Assembly (NCBI GenBank): GCA_036172245.1
Contig: JAYWIR010000003.1
Span: 5,332,001-5,396,000 of the forward strand
DNA from: Raillietiella orientalis
Taxonomy: Eukaryota
Direction: 5' to 3'
DNA: 64,000 bases
Position 1 is the first letter of the stretch; the number at the start of each line of letters is the position of its first letter. The notes below the pieces were generated by a model, which saw only the letters and a list, made by a program, of their open reading frames with translations, was not told where the DNA came from and did not search any database. Below, piece by piece: positions 49,101-62,100 of the stretch. The position numbers and the translations under genes were made by a program.

Positions 49101-52100
49101 TCACGCTATGGGAAAGAAACTGTCGATGTTGGCTGCATTTTTCGGCAGCGTCATCTTTTCCTCTTGAATCCAATCAAATGTTCCTTTTGCAGGAACGCTC
49201 TGCTCGTCTGCTCGCCATAGAGGGGAATTTCTAGGGAAAGATAGGCTGCCATCGCTTTGTGCCCTTCTTTGGCCTAATCTCAAAATGCTCGTGGCAGCCA
49301 TCAGAATCCCTCGTTAAGGTTACCCACCTATAGTCGATCGGACAATCTCCTTGCTACCTTTGGCCCGTCTCATATCCGCGACAACGACTCACCCCAGCTT
49401 TCGGCCACCGCCCCACACGATGCTCACTCTCGCGCATTCTGACCGCGCCAACTACTCACTTCGGACAAATATCGTGGATTCATCCTTGCTGTTCCCCTGT
49501 GGATGATGTGGCGCGGGTGCCGAAATTTCGTCCTCCTTGTTTCCGCTACTGGAGGAGAGCAGCAGGTTTGTTTTTTGGAAGGAAAAAATTCTCATCTGCA
49601 TCCAACCTATTCGGAAGCAACAAGGAGAATGAAGGGATGCAATCATTCTTGGATTTATCGCTACAGTCAGGTGCAGATCTCCACATCAATTACTCAGATG
49701 CCGCATGCAATGCTCGAGATTGTTTCTTTCTTTTTACGATTTTAAGGATGCAGCAGACTCGAGATTTGTTCTCGAGAGTGCGAGGAAATCTCAAGAGCTG
49801 TGTCATCACATACAGCCATGTCTAAGTCTCCCAGCATGAGAGACCTCTTTGGTGACATCAGAGCCATCCATCCATGGCTGCAATAAAGTTTCGCTGCTCA
49901 TCCGAACCTTGAAAGCGTGCCTCCTTTTTATATTTTCGCTTAGCAAGCATTCTGGAATACGAAAACGGATCCCACTTTTCCCGTTCACGGGAAAGGACTA
50001 CTTCCGCTTGCTACTTCCAATCGCAGCGAGTCTTGGATTCTGCTGCTTCGGCCATGTCTTCGAGCCTCCTTGCAACCGAGAACTCTTTTGCAACTTTTCG
50101 CAGCTCTCGCTTGATCACTAGGATTCAAGTTCCTCCAGACTCCTTCCTCACAGGTACTGGTACTTCCACAATTCGTGAACTGGGAACCTCAGTCCGCTGA
50201 AGGACAGTTGGTTGCGGCTTCAGTGTGACCTGTCCTTGGGAACGGTGCAGTTTTCATTGGTCTCTATTTTCAAATGTGCGGTTCCATTTGCGAAGACAAA
50301 TCCCTTCCTCCCGCCCTCCAGAAAGAAGATGCTCTCTGCAACCATTCTTCAGTTTTCAGGATGAATCATGTATGAATTCCTTTTCATGGAGCTTTCTACA
50401 TTTTTCCCTTTGAATAACTATCGCAGAGACTTCAGCAGCTGGAAACGGGAAGCACTCGGAATGAAAAAAAAGATAAGAAGGTCCAGAGGACGCAGTTTGC
50501 AATACTGGAGATGCTGGTGGCAGCCAGTACTCGCACCTTAGGACTACAACTGCACTCCACCACTGCCGCTCCTTTGGAAGGAAGGTGTCACTCCTGCAAA
50601 CTCCTTGCACGTTCTCAGGACCCATTTTCTCGAGTTTCTTTCTCAGCTATCTGCTGGCAGAATCAGAACTTCGAATCGCCCAGTATTTCGCCACTCGCGA
50701 GGTGCTCTTGCCGTTTCTTCTACTGCCAGCTATTCCATCCTTCCACATCCCGATGGAATGCAAAGGAGCAACTCAGAAACTGTTTTCCTGCACTGTCCCC
50801 CCTGAACAAATGGCAAATGACCCCAAGTAAAGCAGATGGCCATTCTAGGATCCCTAGTTCTCTTATGTCTCTCTTTGATTTCAACCTTTCCATTTTCCCA
50901 AGCAGTTCTTGTTGGTTTCATAACTATGGGTACGCTTGCAAAGTCATCTCCACTCTAGATTGACCAAAGGGACCTTCTGAAGACATCATGCCTGAACATT
51001 TGTCAGTGTTTCTTAATGCTACATAGGACGTGCCTCACCGATACGTCTGTCGAAACCCACCGTTGCTTTTCATGTCTGGTCACGTTGCTACGAGACCGGA
51101 GCCGATCTACCTAACAACAGCAGCAGCACCGATGAGGTCAACTATGAGGAGCCATGCCTCCTTCAGCAATTGAGGAAGAGGAGAAAAGGCTGCAGACTCC
51201 CTGGATAGTTCATTTTTCTGCTTCCGAGGTTCTCAATTCTCATTCCATTCTTCCCTTCTCGAATCTGCAGCGTCTTCCTTCCCACTTCTCTATTGCATTC
51301 CGTTAGCCTCACCGAGTCATGAACTTGCGTTGTTTTCACGTGGATAGCTTCGTGCTTATGCCGTCTCCGGACCAGTGCGCGTCAATAGCGGTCATGGAGC
51401 CACATTTCAACAGGAAAAGAAGAGGATCCTAGTAATCGTCATTTTCTGGAGTCTGAAGGCTAGCGGGCTAGAACATCCCTCCCAGCCAACCTTGGAAGTA
51501 AAGGATCTTCCGCCAAGATGGAGCTCAGAGAATGGAGCTTTCCTTCGCTCAAATGAGGTCGAGTGCTCGTGCAGATGGCACGCTTCGGATTCTGGCACCA
51601 CACTTTGTCTCGTGAGGAACGGCCGGACAACGATAAGTGGTGAGGGGTGGACGCCGAGAGATCCGGCTCGTTCCGCATGGATCATGCAATCTCATCCCTT
51701 CACCTATGCCTCTCCTGGATTGGCGTGCTCTCTGCCATCTGCAGCCCTGTAGGATTTCCTCTTCTCGCTCCCGAGAAGATCGATGCGATCACTGGGATGT
51801 CCATCCATTTTGTTTCGTATCCTTTGAGATCATCTCTGCTCCCGCCGAAAACTTTTAATTATGCTCCGGGCCAAAGGAGCCATCCGCTTCCTGTTTGTTC
51901 GGTTCGAGAACCAATCGTCGGGACAAGAGCACAGGGCTGCTTGGAGACGCACCTCCGTCAGGCGATTTTCGCTATCCATGCGATTTCCGGAAGAACCACT
52001 CAAGGTGGCTGTTTAAGACTATTGACAGCTCTCCTGAATTCTTGAGAGCTTTCTCCAATAGGGCGTGCGAAGGATATAAAATCGGCGTTCTTTCTCACAC

Positions 52101-53129
52101 AAAAAGGGTTCAACTGAAGTCCATTTTCCAGCTTCAGAATGAAGGAGGAGGAAAGAGGGAAGGAAGGAATGGCTTTCTGCAGCAAAGTGCACATATCTTC
52201 ACAGTTCTCGCTCCAGGAGACTCGACCTCTGCCTTCTGGAGATCGGCCTTAGACCAGGAAGCACGAAAAGTTCTCTGAAAACCTGCAAGCCTTCAGCACC
52301 AGGAAGTCGGATGCGTACTCTTCCAGAGACTTTCGTTCTTTATCCCCGCGGCAACCTTTGCTGGACCCGCTGCTTTCGTTTCGGGATCCCTGACCGACTC
52401 ATTAGCAGAGACGCTATGGGATGGGACATCACCCAAAGGACAGAGTGCAGACATGCGTCTTCGAAACGCAGAAGGTGGCGCAGCAAAGATAAGGATCTCC
52501 GCACAGGCTTAACGCGGTGGCGGGAACTCTCGGTGCCTCGCAGAAGGTTTTGGGTTCGAACCAAAGTGGTCATCTGAACTTCCACGCCAGCGACTGTTCC
52601 GGGCCACCGAAAACCTTCTTTCGCCTTCCTCGAACGCGCGATCGACTCGATTCCTGCTGGAGGAAGATCTGGCAAGCACAGATGACCTCTGGACACTGCT
52701 CCAAGGAGCAGATAAATTCGCTCCTGATTGATGGATCAGGCCCGGAGGGGAGGATACGCCACGTGATGAGCTCGCAGTCTTTTGGTAATTCCGGCCTCTG
52801 CACCCGAGCGCACGGGCGCCGCCCAAGGGGGTTTCTATCGAGTCCGACCGCCCTTCCTTACTTCTTCCGCATTCCTGCGCTCTGCATTTCCTTCTTGCTT
52901 TCGCGCCATTTTTTCTCTTCGATGTAGCAGCGACTCTTCCTCTCACCTATTCCTTCTTTTTCTTTTCATTCTTTCCAGGCGTGAGTGTCTCAGGGCTTCC
53001 GGGAGAAACTTTCCTTTTTCAGAAACCACGAAAAGGGTTCGAGAGCGAACGACGGTCACAGGCTGTTGACATAATGGGGCACAGTTCGGCTCTCTCGGTC
53101 TTATCAATTATCTCTGCTAATTGAATTTT

Positions 53130-54350
53130 GTTTAAGCAGGGATGCCAACTTCCGATGATGTTCGACGTTCGACATCTCAAGGCCCATACCGACACGAGAG
53201 AGGGAGAGAGGAGAAAACGGAGAGAATTTTTCTCCCTCCCTCTTCCTTTTATCGTCTCCCACTTTCGTACAGCCTCCTTTCGGCTCTTCCCCTCTATCCC
53301 CTAACTGGAGTTCCTGCCACATCTCGCGGACCATTCCGTTTCTTCTACCGTAAGAACCACCACCATCCCCTTCGGCGGTTCGCGGTTGCCGCACACGCTG
53401 ACCACCGTGTCTCTTACGGATCCTGTCGGGATCTGAAAGTTCCTCCCTTATTTTTCCGCCGAAGTACCCACTTCCAAAACACTTCGCTGAGGTGGTGGAG
53501 GCGGTATGTTGGGAGTGTTAGGAAGTCCTCTGCAGGTGGCTGGAGAGAAAATTTCCATGCGACGGAGCCAGCGGTCAGCAGAGAGGAGCGGAATCTTTCC
53601 ATGAGGAAACAGGGAAGACAAAAAAAGCGACGTTTCCGCTCCTACAAATCTGCGACGGCAGCTGTCGGACTTTCCCTGCACGAGAGGAAGACTTCATTTC
53701 CATCCGTCCTCCTCCACGTTCCTTTAGTGCCGCCTGCCTGCGCGGTTGCCTTGAGGAGAAGCGACGCATTGCTGGTAAGACAGAGGAGCACCTTTCGATC
53801 TCGCAGGCCATCAGCATGGAGATCAGCACGGGGATTTCGCAGCATCTGGTGGAGTCCATCCTTATCAGTCCGTGAGGAAGCGCACGCGGAGACTGACCGT
53901 TCCCGGAAAGCGAGCCACCTGACGATGGAATTTCAAACCAGGATATGAAAGCTGCCTCGAGGAGCCGGACTACCCTGCGTTGGGAGGAGACAAAAGGAGG
54001 GAGGGGTCAGCGCACCAAGCCACCAATGGGATCCGTCGATAGTGGTTCGTGCTTGGTCAGGTAGAAAAACCTGTCCGAAATGCTGGGATCCAGCTTCACG
54101 GAGGAACTCCTTCATCAGAGAGGCGCCGCCTTCTTTGGCTGGAAGATTCGATCACTCCGGGGAGTCCATCACCCCGCCCTTTGTTTCCACTACTCTGCAG
54201 GAGCTGCAGAGCCTTTTCGGCATTCTGGCTGGAAAAAGAAACGGTCAGCAAGCGCGCGGAGAAGATTTCGCTCACTGGCGAAAGATGGAAGCCCCGTGGC
54301 GGAGCGTCAGAATGTTCCCGAGGAAACGAAATACAGCCAGTGGCTAGGAA
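53130..54350 (+). mobile_element. Tx1/L1-like ORF2 remnant (EN, linker, C-terminal pieces)
   Basis: FDVRHLK (FNVRGL-like) and ADHRVS (SDH-like). Further LINE-like fragments extend left to about 51400. Confidence 0.5.
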
Positions 54351-54479
54351 GGGGAGGGTGGAGAAGGAGAAGAAAGAGCGTGGGAGACCCCAGAGCACAA
54401 CGGCGGACTCGACCCTTGGCGCAGATCTCCAACTCGAGCCATTGGATCCGGAAAGGAAGAATTTTCGAATTTCTTAGGT

Positions 54480-55400
54480 CACCCTTGCTTTATGCAGCTC
54501 CGGCAGTGCTGCTCCACAGAAGACGAGTGTCGCTTGCTGACCATACGCAGGACTTCTGGGGACGTGGAAGCAAGAGCAGGGAGATTCGGGTAGCAAAGAG
54601 CGACTCTTCCTGCCCATAGGGAGCTGCAGCCAGCTGGCAGCTGCTGAGCGCCCATGGACCCAAGCACGGTTGCGGTTCCACGGGGTTTGCGTGCTCTTGG
54701 AAAGGGGTTTCTCCTTTTATAGGGATCGTCCCTTCCGGATCCTCCTATTCCCACGACGGAGAGTTCACTCCGTCCACCCGCTAGGAGATGCTGTGGGTCC
54801 GTCCTCAGAGCTGAGAAAAGATGAAGCCTACCCGTGAGCTCTACAAGTCTCGCATCGGCAGCGCCGGAAGAAAACACGGAGACAATGAGGATGCAGCATC
54901 TTCCGTCTGCAGCCCTCGAACGAGACTCGTTCCGAGATCCTCGGGGAAGAGGGGGAAGCTGAAGCAACTCTGCCCGGGAGAGTTGTTCCAGCCGGCGGAT
55001 TTCTCACCACGCAGGACTTCAGTCCCTCTCCCGAGAAGATTTGCTTCCTGCCTCTCGTGCTCAGCTTCCCTGAGAGCAAGCAAGCGCTTCTCCTCTCTGA
55101 TTTCCTTGGAGATCCAGCATCTTTTCACGGATTCGGAACCGGCATACGTTCGGATCTGGAAACGCCCCGTCTCTCACTTCCCACTCTTCCCACATTCCTG
55201 GGGTTCCCCATCTCGTAGATCTCCTGGAAGCCGGAAACTTGTGCTGTTGTGCGAGAGGAAATCTTCCCAGAGGCTGCGTGGACCTAAAGAGTTGCCTTCC
55301 TGGAAGAGGTCCCTTGGCTTCATCCAGCGGTTCCTCAGACCCGAAATCAAAACCAACCAGCATTGCAGCATCCGGTGATTTTATTCAAAGGGAATGGCAG
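54480..55400 (-). mobile_element. Tx1/L1-like ORF1-EN remnant
   Basis: DGRCCILIVSVFSSGA...HLLAGG resembles the EN GR..VNVYAP..LGGDFN region. Confidence 0.5.
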
Positions 55401-55449
55401 TCGTATTCTCCGTCTGCCCTCAGGAAGCGGAGGAGGAGGAAGCGGGAAG

Positions 55450-56570
55450 AGTAAGCGAGGGGCGCTCCTTCCTTCCTTCCTCAGAGCGAAAGCCTCTCAA
55501 TGGTGGAGGGTAGGACAGGGAGGTGGGATCCCAAGAAAGGTCACCAAAATTAGCAGGGAGGTTTTCTCGCCTCCTGGAACTCGCCGTGGTGCTCCCGGGA
55601 AGTGGACAGGTGCAGGGGGGTGGCGGCAGGGAAGCACCATCGCCCCTGCTCTCCAGATTGCCCCACTTTTCCTCCCTTGCTCCGTCTCTCTAGAGGGTTC
55701 TGGTTTCCCAGAACTCGCCATTGCCATAAGTTTCCCCTTGCAGGCCGCCAGATCCCATGCTCCCGAAGTCGTTACCTTCGCTACGTGCGTTTTTTTTTCC
55801 GTGGTTGGCCACTTCTCTGTTCAGACACCCCGCGCGACTTCCCACTCTCCATCCAACGCGCTTTCCTGATGTTGCTGCTCCATCTCCAGCTTCCACGGGT
55901 GTCGGGGGAGGAAACGAGCCGCAGCTCGACTCGTGAGAACGCAGCATCTGGAGCGGAGGAGCCTCTCCCACGCTGTCCTTGGACCTCCCTAACGGTCCAG
56001 GAGCACTCCCACCGCCCTCTCCGCGTCTCTCTCTCGCCCCTGTTCTCATTCCTGGAGAAGGCGCTCTCTGAGAGGAGATCGTCCCGGGGACGCCCCGAGG
56101 CAGAGAGGAAGAGGGCGGGGAGGAATCGACCCTTTCGCACGGAGACTCTCCCTGAAGAGCTGCCGAGCTGCTCGGAGCCGGGACGGCCCTGCGGAAGGAG
56201 GAGCGGAGACGAGGATGCTCGCAGTCACGCCAGCGAGAGGGAGCAGGCACCATGGCGACGCCGCGGAGGCTGAAGCGCCCTCCCCTTCCTCCTGGAGGCG
56301 AGCTACAGGACCCCGAGGTCTCTCCGCCTCTCCACAGGAGAGGCGTGGGCCAAGGGGTGGAGGATGTTGCTCCTGCCTATCCCAAACTGAAGACTCTCCG
56401 ACCTGGGAGACGCGCTTTTATTGGCTCGTGTGGGAGGTCCGCCGCCACCGTGGGGACGTGCGCGCCCCTCCCCCCCGATTTCTTCTTGGCTCCTCGTCCG
56501 TTGGCTTTCCTGTTTTCCTTTTTTTTTCCTTTTTTTTTTTGCCCCTTCCTTTTTTTTTTTTCCTTCCTCC
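55450..56570 (+). mobile_element. Tx1/L1-like RT-to-3' end remnant
   Basis: GWRQGSTIAPAL (GVRQGCPLSP-like), IQRAFLMLL...PRVS (thumb-like), and a T-rich tail at 56505-56570. Confidence 0.6.
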
Positions 56571-56599
56571 AGACCGGGGTAGCGCGTCGCTCCCGGGCC

Positions 56600-58850
56600 G
56601 AGACCCAGGAAATCTGATTTATATTCACAAATAGGTACCAAAACTTTGTAGTGGGTTGGGGAAGCCCGGAGCGGGCGGGTGGGGTGGAGAGGGGCAGCCT
56701 TCTGGTCCATCACTGGAGCGGGGATCCGCAAGCCGGAGGCACCCGAGATCGTGGCACAGGGAAAAGGGGGAGCGGGAAGCGAGCGGCCATCCGGAGACGG
56801 TCTCTAGGGAGGGAAGGCTGGCGCTGCGTGGAACCGTCACGTGGCAATGCCAGGAGAGCTCTCCCTCCTATTCTGTTCACCCCCAGGGGTGACTGCCAAG
56901 GGGAGGAGGGGATCACTCAAAAGGCGCGCTCGAGAACACCGGGAGGAAGGGAAGGGGAAGGATTGAGCAGAGTGGAGGTTGTGACCTCCCCACCCACCCA
57001 TTCCCCTAATACTGCTTCCACGGCAGGGTGGGGCAAGGCTCAGAAGCCAGGCGAAGAGGAAGGAAAGGCAGAAAAGGGCCAAGGGATGACCTCTCCTTCG
57101 TTTCCCATTCGAGAGGGAGGGGTCCCACCCTGCTTCGATTCCTCGACCGCCATCTGTGGGGCGATGGAGCAAGGTGACTAGAGACGCACCGTCACAGAGC
57201 AGCGTTTGGAATAGCTGCGGTGGGGACGAGATGGGACGGTTGACGGATGGGGAAGGCGAGTAGATGTGGAGGGGGACGTGGCCATGGCGCTGCGCAGAGC
57301 ACGCCCCCGCCTGCCCTCAAGATGAAGCAGGGGGGAGGGGGTGGCACGTGACGTGCGGTTCTCAATCACAGGGAGGGCTGGAGGAAAAAGAACAAACTAG
57401 TCCAGTCTGCTTCCACGCCTGCCTGGAGCGCTCGGGTTCTCCATCGTGTGTGGGGATATGAGAGGAAGGGAGGGGAGGGGAGGGGGAAACGTCAGCGCGG
57501 GCATGTGCTGACCTTGGCACTATGAAACAGGGGTCGGTGCACTTCCGTCCGGGAGGAGGGGGGGAAGGAAGCGGGCGAGAAGAAGAAGGCGGAGGCAGGG
57601 AAGGATCGTCCACCTCGGAGCTGCATCCCATAGTGCTGCTGGGGCTGCCCTCGCGCGGAAGGGGCGAGCAAGGGGATGCGGATGGGGGCGGGAAGGCGGA
57701 GCAGCGCCCACCGCTTCCTCCCAGCTCCGGCGGCGCGAGGGAGACTTTTGAGGGCCCCGCGTCGCTGCCTCTTCCCCCTCTGCTTCCGAAAGCCCGGAAA
57801 GGGGAAGGAAGGGAGGAGGCGGGACTGCCGTTTTCGCATCGTTTCCGAGGGAGTGGGAAGGAGTTCGAAGCCGCGGGGTGGCTCTCCCGCCCACCCACGC
57901 CCTCTCCTCGGAATGGAACATCAAAATGGCACAAAAGACAGGACGTTGCAAGCTAGGGGTGCGTGGAGCCTCCGGGTGTGCGACTGGGCGGGGTCAAGGG
58001 GTCTTCCTCTCTGAAAGACAAGAGAAGGGAAGGGGCAGGCCGTGCATGGGACGACTCAAGCGGGAGGGTCTTCGTGAGCGTCCCGGGGACCCTGCTCGCC
58101 TGCGCAAGCGGGAGCGGAGGCGCAAGGGATGGTGGACCTCTGCCCGAAGGACCGGCGGCACCACCGAAGCTACCTCCAATGAAAGGGGAAGGGCATTGTG
58201 AGGGAATAGCTGCACCTTATCGCCGCAGGCGCAGGGGTCGACTCGAATCTCGGGGGAAAGACACTGCTTTTCCTACGTATCTGCCTACTCGCTCCCTGCG
58301 AAGAGAGTCGCCAAGACAACCGGGGCGTTCCGAGAGAGCACTAAGACGCCTCGGTCTGCAGACGGCACCGAGGATTCGGATGAAGATTTTCTGCACCGAG
58401 GGAGACACCTGTCTCCGCTCCGGCCCGTGGCAGCGCACGCGCGCCACCAGGCGGTCTTCCTTCGTCCCTCGAGGGATCGGGAAGGAGCCTTAGGAGCGGT
58501 CGTGCCTTCCAAGCCAGCCGCGCTGCTGCTCCTCCGACGGTGCCGAGAGAGCTCCCAAAGAGTGACGCTTGGAGACGCGCTCCGGAGGCAGCATCAGATC
58601 GTGCGGAAGGAAGCAAAGGGAGGACCGGTCCTGGGGATGCAGAGAACCTGAAGGCCAAGTTCATCTTTGAGGGCGTTCGTAGGCGCTCTCCGACGAGACA
58701 GAGCGCCTTTCGTTTCCAGAGGGTACCTCGACCTTGTATCGACGAGGAAGGGAGGTGTCCGAGTCGAGGTAGGTCCCCTGTAGGTCCGGGGAAAATGCCC
58801 GTAGGCTTCTAACTCCCTATGCAGGTGTGCTAGCGCGCGAGGGAGGAAAC
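56600..58850 (-). mobile_element. GC-rich LINE 3' portion directly downstream of the CELF stop exon
   Basis: ALSRR...LKDELGLQVL (LxxPxxEGGLG-like) at about 58700, a pyrimidine-rich UTR, and AATATAAA at about 56625. Confidence 0.5.
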
Positions 58851-58944
58851 TGTGGCGATGCGGAGCAGCAGCTTGCCCCAGAAAGGTCCCCTGGCTCTCG
58901 CCATTCGGCGGCAGCGCGCAGCAAGAGATGGCGCCCCCTGAGCC

Positions 58945-58950
58945 ACTTAC
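58945..58950 (-). promoter_or_regulatory. Probable 5' splice donor in the CELF 3' UTR
   Basis: GGAAAA|GTAAGT lies 44 nt downstream of the TAA, and LINE-derived sequence begins about 100 nt later. Confidence 0.6.
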
Positions 58951-58994
58951 TTTTCCTTTAGGTGGAAAATTTTGCAGCCTAATCAACTTGTTCG

Positions 58995-59122
58995 TTAGTA
59001 AGGCCGGTTGGCGTCTTTCGGTCTCTTCAGCTGGACCTTCAGCCGCTTCATGCCTATCTGGAATCCGTTCATGGCTTGGATCGCTGTCTGGGCACAGGCG
59101 GGGTTGTCGAAGCTGACGAACC
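58995..59122 (-). CDS. CELF4: CELF3-6/Bruno-3 family protein, last coding exon (C-terminal half of RRM3 and stop)
   Basis: Minus strand reads cttcctttcag|GG TTC GTC AGC...CCT TAC TAA and encodes (G)[41 protein letters not shown]. The phase matches the upstream exon. It is not in the ORF track in this frame; I translated it by hand. Confidence 0.96.
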
Positions 59123-62100
59123 CTGAAAGGAAGAGCGCTCGTCTCCGCTGCCGTTACCACCGCGCATCCGAAGCCCACACGCTCCCTCCAGGCTGCCAGA
59201 CCAGCCTCAAGGACAAAACAAAGGCGGTGACCAGCCATGGATGTTTCTGGTGACATCTGATCTTCTGTTGCCCCTGGCAGGCTGTTTCTTGCCGAAACTT
59301 TCCTGGAGTGGCTTCGCTCCTTGCAAAGCGACTCCAGGAAGCAGATGCGATCTCGAAAGAATCGACGAGAGCACGTAACCTTGAAAGTCCTCAGGTCAGG
59401 CTTGAAAAAAGATCAGGTGATGCAGAGCTTGTATGGCGAAAGGAGGAAGAGAGTCTCCGCGGAAGCACAGAGATTCCCTTGAAAGATCTCAGGAAATGCC
59501 GCAGGGAAGCGGTTTCGGAAAGGCGCCAAGAGCGATGCTCGGCGCGGACAGAACCGTCATGGATGCCAAGCGTTTCTTCGGAAACGATGCCCTGTAGTCA
59601 GGATCGAAGTCTTACTTTCCCCCTTCAGCATCTTCTGAGACAAGTGCACCCCGGCAGGAACAGAAGCGATTCTTTCCCGCCACTGGTTTCTCTCTTATAT
59701 GTGAGGAGATGAGAAGGCGTTGTCAGGGACACGAAAAACGAGCTCTTCCAGAGTGGTCGATGGTTTCTTTGACCCTCCAGCGGGCACCATAAGTCAGAAG
59801 AAATCGACCAACGGCCAAAAGTCCGTATTCCTTCTCTTTTGTTCCCGATACTGGAGAAACTCAGAAGGTAGAGCCGACCACCGGATTAACGAAGGAGAGT
59901 TCCCGGCACCGAAATCCCGCTCTCCCAAGTTTCTTGTCCGCGTGATTCGCATGCCCATGAAAGCCCCAGGATTCGCTGCTCCTCTTCGCGGGAAAGATCC
60001 CGTCTTGTGCATGGTAAGCTCCGAAGGGCTGGGTGGAAGAGCCTGCCGACGGAGTGAGGAGGAAGGAGCCGTTTCTCCGAGTCAGTAAGTCGTCTCCGCG
60101 CAACGCGCCTGCTGACATGACGTTTCCAAGGTAAAAAGCACGGAGGAAGGGGGAGGGGGGATCCCCACCTTCGTCCGAGTCGTCTCTTGAATGGGAGAGG
60201 ACGACGGTCTTGGAATGTGGTCGTTAACTCGTGGAAAGCAAGTAAAAAGTGGAGATTTGCTTGAACCGAGGGGTCCCAAAAACAGTCTCTTGAAAAATGT
60301 TACTGTGGACGGGTTGTGTCAAGGGACGAAAAGCTCCCTTGGTACTCTGCGATAGGGAGGGAAGCTGAGCATGCAATAGCCTGAGATACCGATGCAACGA
60401 GACGAGACGCGCACGAGACTCAGAAAAGCCGCCTCTCCCTTTGGAGCTGACGGTTCCGATGCTCGCCGCTAGAGGGAGACTCACGGGAAGAGATGGAAGC
60501 ATGCAGCAGGGATTGATTCCCGGATCACCTCGTCAGCAAAAGAGTCGCAAAATTCGATATCCTCACTGGGACGCGATCTCCCAGTGAGAAGGGAGATCAC
60601 AGGGAGGCTCTCCCAGTGGAAGCGTGCCGGGCTTATCGAACCTCTCTTCTTTCCGGAACGGCGAGAAGAAGGGCGCACACGCTCCACTCTCCTGGAACGC
60701 CACGCGCTGTGCGCGCCTCGAGGACAAAGGGGGACTTCCGCGGAGCGGAGGAGCCTGGGAGCGAGGGCTGCGAGTGCTCATCCAAGCAAAATCTTTCGGC
60801 AACAGACGAACGTCGAAGGACAAAAGAAGAGGCTTCATCTGGCTAATCAGACTCTGACTCTTCCGGAAGATAAACATTTTTGCCTCACCGCTGCTGATCT
60901 CGGAAGAATTTTATCAGGGAGGAAATTCCCTCCCGAAACAATAAATTTTCAATATCTCAAGCTGGATGACACACTCGAAAACAGGAAGAGGAGGGAGGAG
61001 CAAAAAATCAGTACCTCGCCTCCTCCGTGCTGGGGAGGCACGTGACGGAGAAGTCGAGATCGAATGGAATTGTTCCTCTACAGACGAAGACGAAGGAGCA
61101 TCCCGGAAGCACAACCGCTCGCACACCGGATCCCCAGCTTCCTGGGAAACCGAAACGCAGCGTTGCCGAGTGCAGAGCCCCCGGAACGCATACAGTGCAT
61201 TCCAGAGCTTCCGGCGCCTTCGGGGCTCTTCCTTCCTCGCTCCGAAATTCTCAACTCGCGCGGTTACTTGTTCATCAATGCTGGATGTGTCCGCATGCAA
61301 TCGAGGGATGCTGCGCTGGCGTCCGGCAGCGCTCGGCGTGCTTCCTCCATCTGGTTCGACAGGAGATCGAGGTCCCCGTCATCAGACATCAGGAGGAGAG
61401 CACTTCCTCTTCTGTTTGCTCTTTGTATTTTTTTTGTCGGCGGAAAGGCTAACGGAGTGTAGGACTGGTGAAAGGCGCTGGCGCCACGCCAAGGGAGTAG
61501 TCACGTGACTTTTTTCGCGTGGCTCGCGGGATTCGGATTTGCAGTGAGTAGGGAAGCAGGAAACATTGGGGAGGCAAAGGTGGGCCGCGAATCAGTGGTT
61601 GCTTCCCAACTCTTCCGTCACTCTTCCTGCTTCTATGAGACCCCAAACGGAGAAGGCAAACGGGAAGTGGCGAAAGGGAGAGAGGGGGGAAGGGAGATGG
61701 GGAGGGGGGAACACAGTGTTGACTCGATTTCAGGGGAAAACGAGATCGCACAAAGAGTCCTTCTCTTCCTAGGGGTGCCCCAAGGATACAGCCACCTTGT
61801 AGGGGTGCATCATGAAGAGGAACACGTGCACCATTTATTGCCAGGGTGCCGTCTCGTTTCTGGGCAAGCTGGAAAAAAGGTCGCGTAAAGAGCCAACGTG
61901 ACCTTTTTTCTCGCTCGATTTTTCTCTTGGGGTTGGTCTGTGAGAGCGTCTTCTCCCTTTCATTCATCTCCCCCCTCCCTTCCTTCCCCGCCTTCCCGCG
62001 CGGAGACGACATGGCATCGGCGAAACTGGAATAAACCGAAGAAAGGATACTTCAGGAGGAAACAGATGAGGTCCCGCCATTGTGCTGGAGCGAAAAGAAA

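Noticed and set aside
61499..61510. AGTCACGTGACT E-box/CLEAR-like palindrome
   Set aside because: 12-bp palindromes are expected many times by chance in 64 kb, and there is no promoter context.
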